64,000 nucleotides of DNA from Eledone cirrhosa (Eukaryota), in NCBI GenBank assembly GCA_964016885.1, contig OZ024740.1, positions 152,272,001-152,336,000 on the forward strand, read 5' to 3'. This document shows, in pieces, positions 58,325 to 64,000 of the stretch. A model generated the notes under the pieces. That model was given only the letters and a program-made list of their open reading frames with translations, did no database searches and was not told where the DNA came from. The number at the start of each line of letters is the position of its first letter. The first letter of the stretch is position 1. Made by a program: the position numbers and the translations under genes.

Positions 58325-60375
58325 TAAGCCCTGGTCAGCTGAAGGAGACTCAAATCACCCGGTTTGGAAGGTTTGCCCTATGAGTTTTACGTATATATGC
58401 GAAACTTGTTCTCCGATCTCCTCAAAGCCATCTACTGTAATTGGCAACAGAACGGTGGAATTCCCAGTTCTGTGAGTTAGGACGTTGTAACCCTGATGAG
58501 GAAAGATTAGAACAAGAGGGCCGTTTTACATAACTTAAAACTCATAAATCTGCTAAAAATAGAGTTTTAGATTTTGGCTAAGTTGCTAGCAATGAGTTTG
58601 GAACTTGTCGTAGAGAGCCTGGTACGGGAGATGCAGGCTCACGCAATCCCAACCAGGTCTATATACGACAATCTCTACTTCATGCAATACATCATAAGGA
58701 GGGTAGGGAGTAAACCTGGCATCGGTGGGGCTCTGATCATTCGAAAGCTTTCGATAATGTCGACCATCGATACCTGGACGCCGTCCTGAAGACAATCGAC
58801 TTCGGTCCCGTATTCAGATGGATCACTGTAATGTACAGGAGCATCAGCTTGGTGGTCAAGGTCAGATCATTTGCTCGGTCCATCGAGGAAGCCCTCTCTT
58901 TTCTTTTCTGTAAGTATTGACACTCGAGTCACTATTGCAAAAGTTGGAGCTGTTGCAGAGCATCTCAGTTGAACCGAGACGTGGAAGGGCTTCGTCGGTA
59001 TATGCAGACGACGTCACCACGATGGTGTTGAACACCTCGGAAATCGAGATAGCCGGAAACTTCTTAGAGGAGTATGAAAGGTTGACGGAGGTAAAGATCA
59101 ACCCGGAAACATCGATGTTTACAGCTCGGTATCAGGAGATGCAAATCCATGCTGTTCAACAGCGTCGTCGGAATGCTGGACGGTCGAAACGGTGAAGTTG
59201 CTGGGGATTGGTTTGGGACAAACTGCCAGGTAGATACGAACTGGAACGAGGTAACGAACAGGGTGGTCACTCTCACTCGGAAATTGACCGAGAGGAAGTT
59301 ATCCTTGAAAGGCTGATGACATCGCGTCCGTCATCTATTAACGCCTGACCGTCCACGCCTCACTAAATTGGAACGCTTGCTCTTCAACTTGTAGAAGGGA
59401 TAGGTTCCATTGGTGAGGTGGTTCATCTACTTCAAGAACGCTCTACGCGGGCTTGCTGTGGTTGATGATGCGCAAACACGCGCAGCAGCGATGGCATCTC
59501 AAAACTTTCCTGAATGCTGAACAGGTGTGGTCACCGTTTGTCAGCCAGGTCTTTCTGTTGCTCGTCTCTTTGACTGAGCTCCAGTTGTGGGTCAAACGAA
59601 GACTAAGACTAGGCGCCTGACATCTGGAATGTTGCAAAGTGCTCACTGCCTTCTGCCAGTTGGACAATGCGGTCAGTGGAAAATTCCACTCTAGAGTTCT
59701 ATAGAGGACTAGTGGTGGGCCAGTGCGACGACGTTCTTGGAGAGGCTTGGAGCGTCGACGAAATCGAACTGACCAGTCTGTTCTGAGAAATGTCGAGCTG
59801 GGAACTGTGGACAACATTCAGACATTCGTGGCTTATTGAGACAAACCCTACATGTACGAAAATGCACGTAGAGCAACGAAACCGTTTTTCACGCACTTAA
59901 CCAGTGTCCATGCATGTCAGACTTGTGGAGTTTGTCTAACAGATATTATCGAGTGTAGGGCAGATCTGGCTATCAACCGAGTCCATCGTGAAAAGCGCCC
60001 TACCTCCTTCCTTTGGCTGGGAAGCGCAGGCAATTTTCCTCTGCTTGATGGCTGTAGCGAAAAAGATTGTGTGGTGGACGTAGCTGAAAGGTGGTGGACG
60101 TAGCTGATTGTGTAGTGGACGTAGCTTTTTCAAGTTCGACTTTGAAAGGAAGGTGAGGGTAGAAAGGTAAGTGCTGCTCCTAGTATATTTGTTAATAGGT
60201 GGGGTAATGTAGCGAGGTTGGTCCCGTGGGAATGGGCCTACTCTCTGCAAGCGCCTGTAGGTTGGCTAATTTGGAGAGGAGAAAGACGCCTTCTTAGGGT
60301 AATTGTATTTGTTATAACCTTCTTTTTACTCGATCTTTGTAAAACCCCACCGGCCCTTGTGGTCAATAAAGAAAT
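58325..60375 (+). mobile_element. Decayed 5'-truncated Tx1 LINE (RT to 3' UTR)
   Basis: Colinear with 30060-32380 (AIPTRSIYDNL, YADDVT, GCCCTTGTGGTCAATAAA). Confidence 0.85.
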
Positions 60376-60449
60376 TATTATTGTTATCATTATTATAATT
60401 ACTATTATTATTGTTGTTATTGTTGTTGTTGTTGTTGTTGTTGTTTTGT

Positions 60450-61390
60450 GGCATATAGTTACGTTCCTTTACGTTGTGAGTTCAAATCCTGCCGAGATTA
60501 GTTTTGCCTTTCACCCTTACGGGATCGATAAAATATTGTAGTAGTAACGCAATCGACTTATCCCTCCTCCAAAATGTTGGCCCTGTGCCTAAATAAGAAG
60601 CCATTATTATTGTTGTTGTCAACTGCGCTGGATTGACAAAATGGCTGGGAGTATCGGACAAAATGTTATGGAGCCTACGTTTTATGTTCAAATTCTCTTA
60701 AGGTCAACTTTGACTTTCATTATTCTGGGATCGATAAAATAAAATATCATTCAAGTAAAAGGGTCGATTTAATTGATTATTCTTCGCCCTAAAATTTTCT
60801 GGTCTGACGCCTAAATTAGAACCCATTAAGTTCGGGGACTGGTCGATTCATTAGACCATTATACAAAATATCTTATAGTATTTGTTCCAGCATTTTTCGT
60901 TGAGGTTAGATTTACATCCGATCTCCTGGAGTCCATAAAATTAAGTACCAGTCACGTACTGGTGTGAATTTAATCGAGTGGCCCTCTACCCTCACATTTC
61001 TGGCCTTATACCTAAATTAGAAACCATTAGGGGCGGCGAATGGGCTGAATCGTGAGGCTGTCGGAAATATTGCCTTAAATTATTTGTTCGGGCTTTTCAC
61101 CTGATTTCAAATTGGGCCGAGGTTTACTTTGCCTTTTATCACCTCAGATCGATAAAATAAGATACCATCTAAGTACTTGAGTAAATTTAATCGATTATAC
61201 TACTCTTTTCAAATTGTTGGCTTTGTGCGTTCAAAGTTTAAATTTCGCCGAGGTCATTTTTGTCTTTCATTCTTCAACTTTCGATAAGCTAAAGACCAAT
61301 CAAATACTGGGGTTGATGTAATCGACCCCCCCCCCCTCACACACACACACACACACAACAATTGCAGGCTTTGCACTTAGATTAAAAATC
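60450..61390 (+). mobile_element. Head-to-tail cluster of about five degenerate SINE copies
   Basis: Repeated TTCAAAT..GCCGAGGT..TTTGCCTTT..GATAAAATA..TAATCGA..CCTAAATTAGAA(A)CCATTA. Confidence 0.7.
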
Positions 61391-62885
61391 ATTATTTACC
61401 GTTGTTGTTGTTTAGCTCATTTTCTACCCGGATTTGGTTGCTATATCGATCAGTTCAAGCCACCACATCGAGGTTTTTATTGTTGGCTCATGGTTTTCTG
61501 CTGTCTGTAAAGATTAAGTCTGTTTGGCGAAGTCTACTTCCTTCTTAGTTTCCTTTTTACAACATGAAATAAAATGCTTTTCATAAACCAGCCATTTGGT
61601 TTGCCTGAAGCATACCCTTATTTTACAGTGCTTTACACTGACGTTCCGAACCTGAAATCCGCAAAGTTACTACTAGAGGTATATGAACTAAGTTGAAAAT
61701 TTCAAGTAATTAATTAAAAGGATAGTATAGATATAATATTTGGGGAGCTAATTTCTCTTCTCTTTTGATTGTTATTCACACGGTACTACAATCTGGGAGG
61801 GAAGTAATTCAGGGGTGGGATCCGTGGGTGAATCCACTTAAATAAAAGGAGACCTTGGTCGTAATAAGTTGCAAAACACTGTTGCGTACTAATTGCTTGG
61901 CTATATCTCACCATTGAATTAAGATTCGTTGTCAAATGGAGACAATTAATATTTATTGGACATTGAATTAGTAGAAATAGTTTACAAAGATATGTAGGAA
62001 ATTATGTTACTCACAGTGAACGTAGATTGGGTCAAAGGTTTGATCTGAGTACGGGGTATTTTCGGCAATAGTGAATTACTATAGCCTCGGATTATGTCAT
62101 ACCTTATTTGGAAGCCTGTCGGATGAAATGTACCTGTAAGTCAAAGGGCTAGCTTTTCACATGCTATCACGCCGACCCCTACTAGAATTACGATAAGATT
62201 ACATATATCTGTGAAATGTTCAGCCCCTTACACGTTCATTTGACGAACAGGCTGTTTCATTGATCGAAAAAATAGAACTCTCATCGTCGAAACTAATGGA
62301 ACTCCATTACATGCTACTCTTAGTTTTTCATACTGATTATTGCACACACATGCGCGAATGTTGTTCCTCTGCTCCTGGCGATGAGTGTTTCAGTAATTCT
62401 ATCACCCGAACAGCCTGCTCGTGAAATTAAAGTGTAAGTGCTTGAGAATTCCCCAGAGACGTGTACCCTTAACTTAATTTTTAGGAAGTTCAGCGTTATA
62501 CTGTGTGTGATAATACTGGCATTTTGAATTACAAATACAACTCATTTTTTTCAGCTGAGTAGACTGGAGGAAGGTAAGAAAACGTCTTACTCAAAGACAC
62601 GACGATCCTGAACCAAGACCATTAGCCACTAAGGCATGAGCCTTCACATAGTTAAGTACACACACACACACACGCAAACACACACACATATCATTCAAGT
62701 AAAAGGGTCGATTTAATTGATTTTTCTTCCCCCTAACATTTTATGGCCTTGTGCCTAAATTAGAACCCATTAAGGTCAGTGGACTGGTCGATTCGTTAAA
62801 GCATTAAACGAAATATCTTAAAGTATCTGTTCCACCATTTTTTGTTGAGGTTAGATTTACATTTACATCCAATCCTCCTGGAGTC

Positions 62886-62917
<32 letters not shown>

Positions 62918-63161
62918 CGTGCTATTTTATACCTTCTATTTAGATGAGCATAGATATTTTAAAACAAACTATTTTGTATCACAGAAACACGGATGGTTTC
63001 AAGCAGTTTGGTATCAAAAGAGTTTATGCTGTTGTTCTTGAATTTCGTATCATGTGTTCTGCCACATAACAGTTGTTCCAATAAATTTGTCGACAACTCA
63101 TTTTGTTTCCGCCAGTTTCCGCCACTATCCGTCTATTTATTTAATTTTCCTCCATTTGCAG

Positions 63162-63275
63162 CCGATTCTTGAGATGGAGAATATGGAGTTGAACCGATTT
63201 TACCAATCAAAGTGGCTCAATAATGCTCAAATGTGGCTGTCAGGGTTGGGGGGGAAAGATACGCAACATTTAAAG
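63162..63275 (+). CDS. Third exon of the alpha/beta-hydrolase gene (PILEMENMELNRFYQSKWLNNAQMWLSGLGGKDTQHLK)
   Basis: ttttcctccatttgcag acceptor, AAG|gtaagt donor, phase 0 to phase 0, 114 nt open. Confidence 0.75.
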
Positions 63276-63675
63276 GTAAGTCGTTCAAACACTCTCTAAC
63301 ACACAGACACACGCGCACACACACACACATACATACACACACAGAGATACATACACTGACAAACATATGACCGGCCTCCATATATTTTACGAATACCAAA
63401 TTTAATTTTCAAGGCATTGGACAGCCCACGTCCATGGCAGACACTTACCCAAGGTGTCATAGAGTGGGACTGGATGCTAAACCATATTATTTAGCATATG
63501 CACCAGATGATTTGGACGTTATTTTGTCTTATATGTATCTATATGATTGTTCAGTTGAATAGGAGGTTAATTATATGTACAAACATTGATAATGCTCCGA
63601 TCACCCCAAACGAAAGTTTGGAAGAAACGATTGTCAGCTATTAAATGATTTGAACACAACTTTGATAATTGTCTA

Positions 63676-63748
<73 letters not shown>

Positions 63749-63912
63749 TACAGTATCGTAAAAGAGAATAGAAAGAAGAGGTATAAAGAGGTGCAATACA
63801 GATTATTATATGCCAAAAGCGGATGCGTAAGTGCTCGATGCTTGGGTTAACAGGGTTAAATATTAGAGAGGGTTAATATTTAGTGTAAGGTTAAGCAGAG
63901 CGGTGAATAGCA

Positions 63913-64000
63913 AAATAATTAATGAAAGAGTTACAAGCCGTTAAAACATATCTTTATAAAGATATGTTTTAACGGTTTGTAACTCTTTCATTAATTATTT
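63913..64000. repeat. Loopless palindrome (one mismatch) centred on CTTTATAAAG, running off the window
   Basis: AAATAATTAATGAAAGAGTTACAAGCCGTTAAAACATATCTTTA|TAAAGATATGTTTTAACGGTTTGTAACTCTTTCATTAATTATTT. Confidence 0.85.

Noticed and set aside
63840-63895. GGGTTA-like motifs suggesting telomeric repeat
   Set aside because: They are non-tandem and degenerate.

Overview
This is AT-rich, repeat-dominated eukaryotic DNA, most likely from an Octopus-like cephalopod, judging by the tRNA-derived SINE families and the huge (TA)n/(CA)n arrays. Host coding content is sparse. There are three phase-compatible + strand exons of an unidentified gene (241-332, 15105-15172, 17472-17517) and three of an alpha/beta-hydrolase (Abhydrolase_5-like) gene (54914-55088, 57303-57579, 63162-63275). 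Mobile DNA includes a full-length but nonsense-disabled Tx1/L1-clade LINE (26685-32388) plus two decayed relatives. There are also RTE, CR1-like, CRE and R4/Dong LINE fragments, a Penelope RT/GIY-YIG remnant, a composite non-autonomous Helitron, MITEs and many SINEs. Other repeats are a 4.2-kb 54-bp minisatellite and a ~15-kb (TA/CA) array containing an assembly gap and a ~3-kb duplication. Two unannotated signals stand out. (1) About ten small elements sit in (TA)n/(CA)n tracts and carry type I hammerhead ribozyme motifs, often as fold-back hairpins; one family has a U3-A8 core variant and another folds back on ribozyme stem II. (2) A 38-nt intron-like spacer in the Tx1 element would, if spliced, fuse ORF1 in frame to ORF2. 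Most ORFs in the supplied track are microsatellite artefacts.
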